64,000 nt of DNA from an uncultured Candidatus Saccharibacteria bacterium (GTDB taxonomy: Bacteria; Patescibacteriota; Minisyncoccia; Minisyncoccales; UBA10102). The translations under genes were made by a program, and so were the position numbers. Positions 51,483-60,103 of this stretch are shown one piece after another. The notes below the pieces were generated by a model. The model had not been told where the DNA came from, did not search any database, and worked only from the letters and a program-made list of their open reading frames with translations. How positions within the stretch are numbered: the first letter of the stretch is position 1; each line of letters starts with the position of its first letter. The DNA lies in contig CAYZNF010000004.1 of the NCBI GenBank assembly GCA_964479725.1, positions 12,002 through 76,001 on the forward strand, in the 5' to 3' direction.

Positions 51483-52722
51483 TATTGCTGATTTTCATAT
51501 TCATTCCCGATTTTCAAGGGCAACGTCAAAAAGCCTTACTTTGCCAAATCTCGACGAGTGGGCAAAAAAGAAAGGCATTACTGTGATGGGCACGGGTGAT
51601 TTTACCCATCCTGGATGGATAAAAGAAATCAAGGAGCAAATAGAGCCGGCGGAAGAGGGATTGTTTAAATTGCGGGGCAAAAACTCGCCGACCCGATTTC
51701 TTTTTTCAAGCGAAATCAGCTGTATCTATTCAAAGGGCGGAGCAGTGCGAAGAATCCATCTCATTGTTTTGGCTCCTTCCCTGGAGGCTGTAGAGCAAAT
51801 CAACGCGAAACTTGATAAGGTGGGAAATCTAAAGTCCGACGGCAGGCCGATCCTTGGCATTGACGCAAAAGAGATTGCGAAAATTGCCCTTGAAGCTTCC
51901 CCGGATTGCATGGTTATACCTGCCCATGCCTGGACTCCTTGGTTTTCGGTGTTCGGATCAAAATCCGGATTTAATTCAATTGAGGAGTGCTTCGAAGAGT
52001 ACGCGCAATATATCTACGCCATTGAAACGGGTCTTTCATCTGACCCTGCAATGAACTGGCGGCTCTCGACACTTGATAAGATTTCATTTGTTAGCAATTC
52101 AGACAGCCACAGCTTAGAAAAAATCGGAAGGGAGGCAAATGTTTTTGATGTTGATTTGGATTATAGGGGCATTATGGATGCCCTGAAGGCGAAAGATCCA
52201 AAGCGCTTCCTGTTTACCATGGAATTTTTCCCCGAAGAGGGAAAATACCATTACGACGGGCATCGCTTGTGCGGAGTGCGAATGAAGCCGGAAGAATCAA
52301 GGCAGAACAACAGCATTTGTCCCAAATGCAAAAAGCCTCTTACCATAGGCGTGTTGAATCGAGTAGCTGAATTGGCTGACAGGCCCGAAGGTTTTGTGCC
52401 TCAAGGAGCGATTCCCTATAAGAGTCTTATTCCCTTGCAAGAAATCATAGCCGATGTTTTGGAGGTAGGAGTAAGTACGCAGAAAGTAAGAGTCCAGTAC
52501 GAGAAACTCCTTCAAGAAATCGGGAGTGAATTCGATGTGCTGCTTGACGCGTCGGCGGAAGCGCTCAAACGATCAACTCTTTCAGAGATAGCCGAGGGAA
52601 TTTTGCGCGTGCGCGAAGGAAAAGTTGCTATTGAGCCTGGATTTGACGGCGAATACGGCACGATAAAAATTTTTCAGGGCAATGCAAAAGACGTAATTAC
52701 CAAGCAGAAGAACTTATTTTAA
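51475..52722 (+). CDS. Endonuclease Q-like PHP-domain protein
   Basis: MKLIADFHIHSRFSRATSKSLTL...GITVMGTGDFTHPGW (PHP metal ligands) and the zinc-finger-like CPKCKKPLTIGVLNRV. Confidence 0.6.
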   Translation: MKLIADFHIHSRFSRATSKSLTLPNLDEWAKKKGITVMGTGDFTHPGWIKEIKEQIEPAEEGLFKLRGKNSPTRFLFSSEISCIYSKGGAVRRIHLIVLAPSLEAVEQINAKLDKVGNLKSDGRPILGIDAKEIAKIALEASPDCMVIPAHAWTPWFSVFGSKSGFNSIEECFEEYAQYIYAIETGLSSDPAMNWRLSTLDKISFVSNSDSHSLEKIGREANVFDVDLDYRGIMDALKAKDPKRFLFTMEFFPEEGKYHYDGHRLCGVRMKPEESRQNNSICPKCKKPLTIGVLNRVAELADRPEGFVPQGAIPYKSLIPLQEIIADVLEVGVSTQKVRVQYEKLLQEIGSEFDVLLDASAEALKRSTLSEIAEGILRVREGKVAIEPGFDGEYGTIKIFQGNAKDVITKQKNLF

Positions 52723-52741
52723 TCAAAATAAACACGGACTC

Positions 52742-52769
52742 TTGACTCCCTTGTTGGCGGGAGTAGAAT
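52742..52769 (+). promoter_or_regulatory. Promoter of an orphan short transcription unit
   Basis: TTGACT-cccttgttggcgggag(16)-TAGAAT, followed by GGAGGTG. Confidence 0.45.
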
Positions 52770-52786
52770 GGAGGTGAAAATTGATT

Positions 52787-52876
52787 ATGCAAGAAATTTT
52801 TTCCACAAAATCACAGCGACCAGCTTTTAATATTTGCATTTCCCAGTGCACATTTAATGCATGTTGGGGTGGTTAA
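52787..52876 (+). CDS. Possible 29-aa Cys-containing peptide (alternatively part of a ~175-nt sRNA)
   Basis: MQEIFSTKSQRPAFNICISQCTFNACWGG. GGAGG lies ~12 nt upstream, which is long spacing. It sits between a promoter and a hairpin plus T-run. Confidence 0.25.
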   Translation: MQEIFSTKSQRPAFNICISQCTFNACWGG

Positions 52877-52919
52877 GGTATCGACTGTAATAAATTTCGT
52901 AATTTTTCGTCTTAAGTCT

Positions 52920-52948
52920 ATCTGGCCACCCATAAGAGCCAGATTTTT
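52920..52948 (+). terminator. Hairpin + T-run ending the short unit upstream of greA
   Basis: atctggc-cacccataaga-gccagat-ttttt. Confidence 0.45.
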
Positions 52949-52976
52949 CTTAAAAACAATCTAACTTCTATAGTCC

Positions 52977-53456
52977 ATGACTACTGCAACTAAGTTCTAT
53001 CTTACAAGGCAAGGCTTAAGAGAAGTTCAAGATGAGCATGAAAGACTTTTAGCATTCCGCAACGCAAAGGTTCAAGAAGAAGTACCCAGCACCCTTCATT
53101 CTGAAGATATAAATCCCGACTACCTTGCCTTCAAGGAAGATATGAATATGCTTGAAGACAAGATTGTCGAGGTGGAAACTATAATACAAAATGCGGCACT
53201 CATTGCTCCTCCCCCAAAGCAAGAACGCAACATGGTGCACTTGGGAGCCACAGTAGTAGTGGAGGTGGACGGAGCAAGGGACGAGTTTGAAATTGTGGGT
53301 ACGGTTGAGGCTAATCCTTCGCGCGGCAGAATTTCAAACGAGTCTCCGGTTGGAAAGCTTTTATTGGGAGCTGGTATTGGTGACATGGTAGAAGTTGCTT
53401 TTCCAATAAAAACTGTGTACAAAATCGTTGAAATTATGTATAAGGTGAAGTATTAG
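52977..53456 (+). CDS. greA: Transcription elongation factor GreA family
   Basis: YLTRQGLREVQDEHERL (N-terminal coiled coil) and C-terminal HLGATVVVEVDG...EFEIVGTVEANPSRGRISNESPVGKLLLGAGIGDMVEV. Confidence 0.8.
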   Translation: MTTATKFYLTRQGLREVQDEHERLLAFRNAKVQEEVPSTLHSEDINPDYLAFKEDMNMLEDKIVEVETIIQNAALIAPPPKQERNMVHLGATVVVEVDGARDEFEIVGTVEANPSRGRISNESPVGKLLLGAGIGDMVEVAFPIKTVYKIVEIMYKVKY

Positions 53457-53506
53457 GGTGTTTATTGTATCTTCATCTCTATGGGGCGTTGCGCTTTGAA
53501 TAAGTT

Positions 53507-54127
53507 ATGGATTATTTCCTCCGATTTTTGTTGACCCTCGACAAACTTAAAGACGTAAAGAGGCGAGGGATGAGTTTCTATGGGGTCGAAAAACAGGACA
53601 GTCCAACAGACCATACTTTCCGGCTCGTAATGATGGTGTGGCTTTTTGGACATAAGAGGCATTTAAATTTGGAAAAAGCCTTTAAAATGGCTCTTGTGCA
53701 TGATCTATGCAAAATTTACACGGGGGATATTACTCCCTACGATCTTTTGCCAGATATAGGACAGCGAAAAGGAGAAGACTTGGCAAAGCGCTGGCGGCGT
53801 CTTTCTCTTGAGCAAAAAGAAAAGCGATACAATCAAATTTTAGCAATGCGTTACGAGGGGCTTTGGAAATTGGTTGGAGAGTTGCCAGAGGAATTGAGTG
53901 AGGAAATGATGCATGCCGGGATTGAGTATAGAAAACGGGAAACCGAAGAAGCTCGATTTGTTGCCCAGCTCGATATGCTGGAAAATCTTTTGGAAGCCCT
54001 TGAGCAGTACAAGAAAAATAAGGAATTTCCCATGCAGCCCTGGTGGGAGCATGCCCGCGAAGTTATAGATGATCCTGGCTTACTCGAATTCCTGCAGCAA
54101 ATTGAGCAGGAACAAAAAAAAGAGTAG
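53507..54127 (+). CDS. HD-domain phosphohydrolase (YfbR-like 5'-nucleotidase type)
   Basis: DSPTDHTFRLVMMVWLF...ALVHDLCKIYTGDITPYD contains the H...HD...D motifs. Confidence 0.6.
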   Translation: MDYFLRFLLTLDKLKDVKRRGMSFYGVEKQDSPTDHTFRLVMMVWLFGHKRHLNLEKAFKMALVHDLCKIYTGDITPYDLLPDIGQRKGEDLAKRWRRLSLEQKEKRYNQILAMRYEGLWKLVGELPEELSEEMMHAGIEYRKRETEEARFVAQLDMLENLLEALEQYKKNKEFPMQPWWEHAREVIDDPGLLEFLQQIEQEQKKE

Positions 54128-54185
54128 GTCTTTACTATTGTTCAAAAGCCGCTATAACGAAGGTAGAACCTTAGAGGAGGGTGTC

Positions 54186-54794
54186 ATGACTACTCCGCTC
54201 GTTGTCGGGTTAATTGGACCGACGGATATTGAAGCCACCGGGCGTCACTTGGAAGTCCCCCCGGAGTTCTTGTTGGAGCATGCGCAAAAGGTGGGTAGAG
54301 CCATTGCGGCTGTAACGAGGAGGTATTCGATTGAGCTTTGGTTCAACAGCGACCGAGGCATGCTTCTCGAGGTCGCTCGTGCATTTAAGGAGGCTATTAG
54401 GGGCGATACGACGAGGGGAAAGCTTGTAATGATTGCCCCTCGTAATCCCTATCCTTGGCCTGCCGACCATGCCTGGGATTACATAGGAGAAGCTGATGAG
54501 GTGGAATGGGTGTCGGATTGGTTCCAGGCGAATTATCAAGTAGTTTCTCGGCCCCGTGTTTGCGTTGTGGTAGGATTGAGCGGCGGGACAGGAACGGAGA
54601 TTGGATATGCCGGATGGGATGCCCGTTTTGGCACAGGTAATCTCGAGCTTCTTGTCGTAATCAGGGAGTTGGTACGAGGGGGAAATTTGCCCCCGGAGCT
54701 TGTGGAGAGAATTCCAACCTCAATGCTCTTGTACGCGGGAGCAGAGGAGGTGGAGAGGATCCTCCTGGAGTTTTGTGCGAGAGGGAGTCCCTAG
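54186..54794 (+). CDS. SLOG/LOG-like Rossmann-fold protein (202 aa), GC-shifted cassette
   Basis: I chose the start at MTTPLVVGLIGPTD because GAGGAGGG lies 5 nt upstream. VVVGLSGGTGTEIGYA resembles the GGxGTxxE loop of LOG/SLOG proteins. GC is 52% in 54301-54400. Confidence 0.45.
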   Translation: MTTPLVVGLIGPTDIEATGRHLEVPPEFLLEHAQKVGRAIAAVTRRYSIELWFNSDRGMLLEVARAFKEAIRGDTTRGKLVMIAPRNPYPWPADHAWDYIGEADEVEWVSDWFQANYQVVSRPRVCVVVGLSGGTGTEIGYAGWDARFGTGNLELLVVIRELVRGGNLPPELVERIPTSMLLYAGAEEVERILLEFCARGSP

Positions 54795-54804
54795 GGACTC
54801 CCTC
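54781..54804 (+). terminator. Perfect 11-bp hairpin enclosing the stop codon of the SLOG-like gene
   Basis: gagggagtccc-ta-gggactccctc, followed by ccttcttt. Confidence 0.5.
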
Positions 54805-54853
54805 CCTTCTTTATAATTAGCTCTAAACACGGCAATTAGGTATAATACATTGA

Positions 54854-55846
54854 ATGAAGAAGCTTATTGTTTTCGCTCTTTTTCTTATAGCGGGAATAGG
54901 CCTTTTTCTATGGCTGGTTAACCATATCGGCTGGGCAGAAGTATGGGAAATAACCCGCAGCTTTGGAGCGGTTAAGGGTTTGGCGGTTTTGGCCCTTACG
55001 ATCCTAATGGCGGTGTTTGGAGCGTGGAGATGGAGCGTCATTTTGCGTTCTCAAGGATATAAAGTGCCTTTTTTTACTGTTTCCGAGCTGTATTTGGCTG
55101 GTTTTGCCCTCAATTTTTTCATTCCCATGGTTATTCTGGTGGGAGAATTGTTTAAGGCATATTTCTTAAAAGAAAGAAAAGAGGTTCCCTTCAGCCAGGG
55201 AATGGCCTCGGTGATAAGCGAGAAAATTCTTGATCTCACCACTCATTTTGCGGTTATTGTTGTCGGGCTTATTGTGCTTTTGTTTGCCTTTGGAGGAGTG
55301 GTCCCAAAATTCCTTTCCATTGTTATGACTGGTGTGGCGGCATTGGGTTTTGTCGTGGCCTTTTTTTACCTCAAGACTTTCCGAGGGGAGAGCATAATCA
55401 AATTTTTTTATCCCAACTCGAACGGAAGCCTGCACGATGTTGAAAAGGAGATCATACAATTTTTTCACTGGAAAAACCCTGCCTTTAGAAAAAGCATCGC
55501 GCTTTCGGTTTTGCGCAGTATGGCGGCGTTTGCTAGGACAGCCCTTATCCTAATTTTTCTGGGGGTCAAGCTAAAGCTCCTTTCTGTTATACCCATTCTC
55601 GGTTTTTATTACGTTGCCCTGCTTACTCCCATTCCCGCTTCTTTGGGTTCGCACGATGCTTTGCAGGTGCTTGCTTTCCAGGCGTTCGATATGCCCTCGT
55701 CCTTTGGAGCGGCTTTTGCTCTTATTGTGCGTATTACCGAGGCCGCGGTAGGAATCGTGGGAACCGTTGTGCTTACGATTGGCGGTGCAAGAATGGCAAT
55801 GCGCATAGTAAGCAATCAAGTGGCGAAAATATTTTTTAGATCATGA
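54854..55846 (+). CDS. Flippase-like (LPG-synthase TM / UPF0104) membrane protein
   Basis: 8+ TM helices: FLIAGIGLFLWLVNHIGWAEVWEITRSF...AVFGAWRWSVILRSQGYKVPF, which is typical of this family. Confidence 0.6.
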   Translation: MKKLIVFALFLIAGIGLFLWLVNHIGWAEVWEITRSFGAVKGLAVLALTILMAVFGAWRWSVILRSQGYKVPFFTVSELYLAGFALNFFIPMVILVGELFKAYFLKERKEVPFSQGMASVISEKILDLTTHFAVIVVGLIVLLFAFGGVVPKFLSIVMTGVAALGFVVAFFYLKTFRGESIIKFFYPNSNGSLHDVEKEIIQFFHWKNPAFRKSIALSVLRSMAAFARTALILIFLGVKLKLLSVIPILGFYYVALLTPIPASLGSHDALQVLAFQAFDMPSSFGAAFALIVRITEAAVGIVGTVVLTIGGARMAMRIVSNQVAKIFFRS

Positions 55847-57573
55847 AAACAGCAAATCACGTCATTGCGTCTGTTTTCTATGATCTCGCTTTTTATCATG
55901 AAATGGAGGGAGTTGCTTTCAAGCCCCAGGCCTACGAAAGGGCGGCGGAAGCTCTGGAGGCTTTAGGGCAAGACGTGCAAGAGCTTTACCAAAGAGAGGG
56001 CATCAAAGGTTTGGAAAAAATTCCCGGCGTGGGAAAAAGCATCGCGGAAAAAATTGAGGAATACTTAAAGGCGGGCAAGATCGTCTTGCATGAAGAATAC
56101 CGGAAGAAATTCCCCGTTGATCTCGAAGAGCTTGGATCGGTAGAGGGTGTGGGGCCAAAAAAAGTGAAAGAACTGTACGAAAAGCTGGGCATCAGGAATA
56201 TTGCCGATCTTGAGTCTGCTGCAAAAAAAGGAAAAATAAGGGAGCTGGAGCGTTTTGGGAAAAAAACGGAAGAAAATATCCTGCAAAGCATTGAGTTTGT
56301 GAAACGAAGCCAGGGACGATGGCTTCTTGGAGACATTTATCCTTATGTGTATGAAATTTTGTCTCTTTTGAAGAAATCGGGGATTTTTGAGACAGTTGAG
56401 GTGGCAGGATCCATTAGAAGAATGAAGGAAACTATCGGGGATATTGATATTCTTGGCACGACCGAAACACCGGAAAAAGCAGTTGAATATTTTCTTTCTC
56501 ACATCCCCCAAAAAAAGATATGGGGAAAAGGGGCAACAAAAGTTTCTATCCGTACTTTGCATGGGTTTGATATTGACTTGCGGGTGCTTTCTCCGACAAT
56601 TTATGGCGCGGCTTTGCAGTATTTTACCGGATCAAAGGAGCATAATGTAAAACTAAGAACGTATGCCGTTGAGCACGGTTTGAAAGTAAGCGAATACGGG
56701 GTATTCCGGGGCAAAAAATTAATTGCGGGAAAAACGGAGGAAGAGGTGTACAAAGCCCTGGGCATGCCGTATATTGAACCAGAACTTCGCGAGGATCGGG
56801 GAGAGATTGAGGCAGCCTTGGAAAACAGTCTCCCAAAAATGATTGAGTATGGCTCTTTGAGGGGGGATTTGCAAATTCAAACTAATTGGACCGACGGCAA
56901 AAATTCTATCGAAGAAATGGCAAAGGAAGCAAAACGCCAGGGTTTGGAATACATCGCCATTACCGACCATACCCGCGATCTTGCCATGACGGGAGGGTCT
57001 GATGAGCCAAAACTTTTGCGCCAAATGAAAGAAATTGACGAGGTCAACAAAAGGGTTTCGGGGATTCGCGTGCTCAAAGGGGCCGAAGTTAACATAAGAA
57101 AAGACGGCACCCTTGATATATCAGACGAGGTGTTATCGCAACTCGATGTCGTGGGGGTTTCGGTGCATTCTTTGTTTAAGATGTCGAAAAAAGATATGAC
57201 GGAAAGGATTGTGAGGGCAATAAAAAATCCTAATGTCGATATATTGTTTCATCCTACGGGAAGGCTTATAAATAAAAGAGATCCTTATGAGGTGGATATG
57301 GATGCTGTGATGGACGCTGCGAAAGAAACCGGGACGATGCTTGAGGCAAACGCCCATCCAGAACGCCTCGACCTCAAAGACAGCCATATTAAAATGGCAA
57401 TCGAAAAAGGGGTGCAACTTGTTATTGACTCTGACGCTCACAACGCAAGTGACATTTCTTTTTTGAGATATGGCGTTGCCCAGGCACGCCGAGGTTGGGC
57501 AGCAAAAAAAGATATTCTAAATACATTGCCAGTAGAGCGGTTGCTGGGGTCGCTAAAAAATAGAAAAATATGA
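55843..57573 (+). CDS. Family X DNA polymerase with C-terminal PHP domain (PolX)
   Basis: Hh[11 protein letters not shown] and [10 protein letters not shown], nucleotidyltransferase core [26 protein letters not shown]...SVHS...DSDAH. Confidence 0.85.
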   Translation: MKTANHVIASVFYDLAFYHEMEGVAFKPQAYERAAEALEALGQDVQELYQREGIKGLEKIPGVGKSIAEKIEEYLKAGKIVLHEEYRKKFPVDLEELGSVEGVGPKKVKELYEKLGIRNIADLESAAKKGKIRELERFGKKTEENILQSIEFVKRSQGRWLLGDIYPYVYEILSLLKKSGIFETVEVAGSIRRMKETIGDIDILGTTETPEKAVEYFLSHIPQKKIWGKGATKVSIRTLHGFDIDLRVLSPTIYGAALQYFTGSKEHNVKLRTYAVEHGLKVSEYGVFRGKKLIAGKTEEEVYKALGMPYIEPELREDRGEIEAALENSLPKMIEYGSLRGDLQIQTNWTDGKNSIEEMAKEAKRQGLEYIAITDHTRDLAMTGGSDEPKLLRQMKEIDEVNKRVSGIRVLKGAEVNIRKDGTLDISDEVLSQLDVVGVSVHSLFKMSKKDMTERIVRAIKNPNVDILFHPTGRLINKRDPYEVDMDAVMDAAKETGTMLEANAHPERLDLKDSHIKMAIEKGVQLVIDSDAHNASDISFLRYGVAQARRGWAAKKDILNTLPVERLLGSLKNRKI

Positions 57574-58031
57574 CCAAGGAAAAATCAGCAGGAGCGGTAG
57601 TATATTACATGGTCCAGCAGAACGAGCCCTTGTATTTGCTTCTACATTACCCTTCTTCCATGAAAGCAAAAGACGAATATTGGGATTTTCCCAAGGGGCA
57701 CATAGAAAAGGGCGAGGAAGAACAGGAAGCCGCGCGGCGGGAAATTGGCGAGGAAACGGGTTTGAAGGACGTTGTGTTTCAAGAGGGATTTCAGGAACTC
57801 ATTCACTATTATTTCCAATTTCAGGGAAAGAAAATTTCAAAGGATGTTGTCTTTTTTCTGGCCCAGACCAAAAAAAGCGATGTCAGCATATCTTTTGAGC
57901 ACAAGGGTTTTGTATGGCTTCCCTACGAACAAGCCCTCAAGCGGCTAAAGTATGACAATGCCAAAAATATCTTAAAAAAGGCGCAGGCATTTCTTGGCAA
58001 TAGGCAAGGCGGGCAAACAAAAACACCCTGA
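57570..58031 (+). CDS. NUDIX hydrolase
   Basis: Nudix box GHIEKGEEEQEAARREIGEETGL. Confidence 0.8.
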   Translation: MTKEKSAGAVVYYMVQQNEPLYLLLHYPSSMKAKDEYWDFPKGHIEKGEEEQEAARREIGEETGLKDVVFQEGFQELIHYYFQFQGKKISKDVVFFLAQTKKSDVSISFEHKGFVWLPYEQALKRLKYDNAKNILKKAQAFLGNRQGGQTKTP

Positions 58032-58058
58032 ACAAAGTCGAAGGGTGTTTTTGTTTTA

Positions 58059-58403
58059 TTATTTCACCTTGGCTATGATTTGCTTGAAGAATTCCGGCTG
58101 CTGCTGGGCTAACTGCGAAAGAATCTTTCGGTCCAGTTCGATATTATTTTTCTTGAGCCCGGCTATGAGTCTGCTGTAAGTGAGTCCTTCTGCTCTGGCG
58201 GCGGAATTGATATGGATCTGCCAAATAGACCTAAAGGATCGTTTTTTTGCTTTTCTGTCGCGAAACGCGTATTGTCCCGCCCGAAGAAGAGCTTCTTTTG
58301 CCCTTCGGTATTTTGATTTCCTGCCCCAACGGAATCCTTTCGTATCTTTGAGCAGGTGTTTGCGCCGCTTGTGGGCGCTTGTGCCTCTTTTTACTCGAGC
58401 CAT
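58059..58403 (-). CDS. rplT: 50S ribosomal protein L20
   Basis: MARVKRGTSAHKRRKHLLKDTKGFRWGRKSKYRRAKEALL... Confidence 0.95.
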   Translation of the reverse strand: MARVKRGTSAHKRRKHLLKDTKGFRWGRKSKYRRAKEALLRAGQYAFRDRKAKKRSFRSIWQIHINSAARAEGLTYSRLIAGLKKNNIELDRKILSQLAQQQPEFFKQIIAKVK

Positions 58404-58407
58404 TTTA

Positions 58408-58605
58408 TTAGGTTACTGCTTTTCTAATCATCTTGGTTTCCGACTGTGAAAGCGCTACCAGCTTTCTAAGCTGGCGCCGTTTCTTTCCGGTTTGTTTGGC
58501 CAAAAGATGGTCCTGCCCTACTTTGCGGCGCAGTATTTTCCCATTCTTGGTTATTTTGAAGCGTTTTGTAATCGATTTCCTTGTTTTTGCTTTTATCTTT
58601 GGCAT
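58408..58605 (-). CDS. rpmI: 50S ribosomal protein L35
   Basis: MPKIKAKTRKSITKRFKITKNGKILRRKVGQDHLL... Confidence 0.9.
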   Translation of the reverse strand: MPKIKAKTRKSITKRFKITKNGKILRRKVGQDHLLAKQTGKKRRQLRKLVALSQSETKMIRKAVT

Positions 58606-58606
58606 A

Positions 58607-59137
58607 CTATTGTTTACCGATAATCATCGAGAGTCCTCGAGGTTCTTTCTTGATTTCCCTTTCGACGCGCAGAGGAACAGATGCTTTTATGATTTCCACG
58701 AGTTTGCCCATTTTTTCCCTTGCTACGTCTTGGAGGGCATTTTCCCTTCCCCTTAAGCGAAGCGAGACTCTTACAATATCCCCCTTTAGCAAAAATTTTT
58801 CCGCTTGTCGAGCCCTTGTTTCCAAATCATGCTGGGAAATATTGAATGTGAGCCGAAGCTCTTTTAATCCGCCGCCCTGTTTTTTTGCTTCGCGCTCTTT
58901 CTTCTCTTTTTGATACAGGAATTTTCCGTATTCCCCGAGTTTGCATACGGGAGGATCCACTTTCTCTGTAACTTGGATAACGTCCAAGCCTCGCCCAACC
59001 CCGATTTTCATGGCCTCCTGAAGGGGTACAACTCCGAGCTGTTTTCCAGTTTCATCTATGAGACGGACTTCTTTTGCGCGGATAAAATGATTGACAGGAG
59101 TCCTGTCAGGAAATTTTTTTGTAAAAGGTTTATTCAA
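58607..59137 (-). CDS. infC: Translation initiation factor IF-3 (TTG start)
   Basis: INHFIRAKEVRLIDETGKQLGVVPLQEAMKIGVGRGLDVIQV..., in infC-rpmI-rplT order. Confidence 0.9.
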   Translation of the reverse strand: MNKPFTKKFPDRTPVNHFIRAKEVRLIDETGKQLGVVPLQEAMKIGVGRGLDVIQVTEKVDPPVCKLGEYGKFLYQKEKKEREAKKQGGGLKELRLTFNISQHDLETRARQAEKFLLKGDIVRVSLRLRGRENALQDVAREKMGKLVEIIKASVPLRVEREIKKEPRGLSMIIGKQ

Positions 59138-59176
59138 TGTCTGTTATCTATGCTTTAATAAGAATTTTGACAAATT

Positions 59177-59533
59177 TGGTGGAGATGGAGGGGTTGAACC
59201 CTCGTCCAAAGAAATTTGAAAGAAACTTCTACAGGCGTAGCTCGGTTTTGTGTTGGAAAAGAGGTATTAACCGAGCCAAACCCTCTTTTCCTTTGGCCTG
59301 AAAGTTCGATAGCCGCCTCGGCCCGGGCAAGCTATCCACCTCGATTGCGTTACACCCGTTTCGGTCCATCGAGGATCAACCGGACGAATGGCTTAGCGTT
59401 TAAGCGTAAGCAAGAGCCCTCTGTTGAGGAGCAAATATGTTGGCAATTATATGCCCCAAGGTTTTTTAAAGAGCGCCTTGGAAGCTCTGCCTGCGATTTC
59501 TTCCTCATGTTCTCTGTCGAAACATGCATCCCC
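59177..59533 (-). ncRNA. ssrA: tmRNA (SsrA), ~357 nt
   Basis: On the minus strand the 5' end is GGGGATGCATGTTTCGACAGAG and the 3' end is GGACGAGGGTTCAACCCCTCCATCTCCACCA. The tag reading frame gcc aac ata ttt gct cct caa cag agg gct ctt gct tac gct taa encodes ANIFAPQQRALAYA (59400-59444). Confidence 0.9.
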
Positions 59534-59577
59534 GTCTTTTGCTTTTTTTAAAAGCAAAAGACGAAAATTCAAGTTAC

Positions 59578-60018
59578 TCATGATTGAAACGACCTCATCT
59601 CTCGATCAGCATCGCGCTTTTTTAGAGTTTGGCGCTTATCGTGCTGTTTTTTGCCGCGAGCCAGGGCAAATTCGAGTTTTATTTGAGCTCCTTTATTATA
59701 CAACCTAATTGGGACTAAAGTCAAGCCTCTTTCCCTGCTTTTGCCGAATAGGTAGCGCGTCTCTTTTTTATGGAGCAAAAGTTTGCGGGAGCGCTGGGGA
59801 TCGTACGAAGAAGGGGCGTTGAGGGGCTGATAGGGGGGTATAGTCGCTCCGATTAAAAATAGTTCATTGCCTCGGGGGATAATATAGGATCCCGCAATTT
59901 GTCCGCGGCCCATTCGCACCGATTTTACCTCTTGTCCCGTCAGCACCAAACCAGCCTCGAGAGTTTCGAGGATTTCGTAGTCAAACCCGGCTTTTCTATT
60001 TTCCGCGTAATTGGCCAT
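59578..60018 (-). CDS. smpB: SsrA-binding protein SmpB (146 aa)
   Basis: NRKAGFDYEILETLEAGLVLTGQEVKSVR...LHKKE...LVPIRLYNKGAQIKLEFALARGKKQHDKR. I chose the start at MANYAEN (60018); the track's N-terminal extension is low-complexity. Confidence 0.9.
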   Translation of the reverse strand: MANYAENRKAGFDYEILETLEAGLVLTGQEVKSVRMGRGQIAGSYIIPRGNELFLIGATIPPYQPLNAPSSYDPQRSRKLLLHKKETRYLFGKSRERGLTLVPIRLYNKGAQIKLEFALARGKKQHDKRQTLKKRDADREMRSFQS

Positions 60019-60103
60019 TGTGAGTTTACTGTAGCATTGAGGCAAGCTTTTGGGCAATGTTTGTTTTAGACAAAATATATGGTACAAGATAGACTGTAAT
60101 ATA

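Noticed and set aside
54069-54185. Upstream extension of the SLOG-like ORF
   Set aside because: The extension overlaps the HD gene end and has backbone-like, Lys/Ser-rich sequence. A strong SD precedes the internal ATG at 54186.
59216-59551. 111-aa and 94-aa + strand ORFs
   Set aside because: They overlap the tmRNA gene on the opposite strand, so the tmRNA accounts for the sequence.
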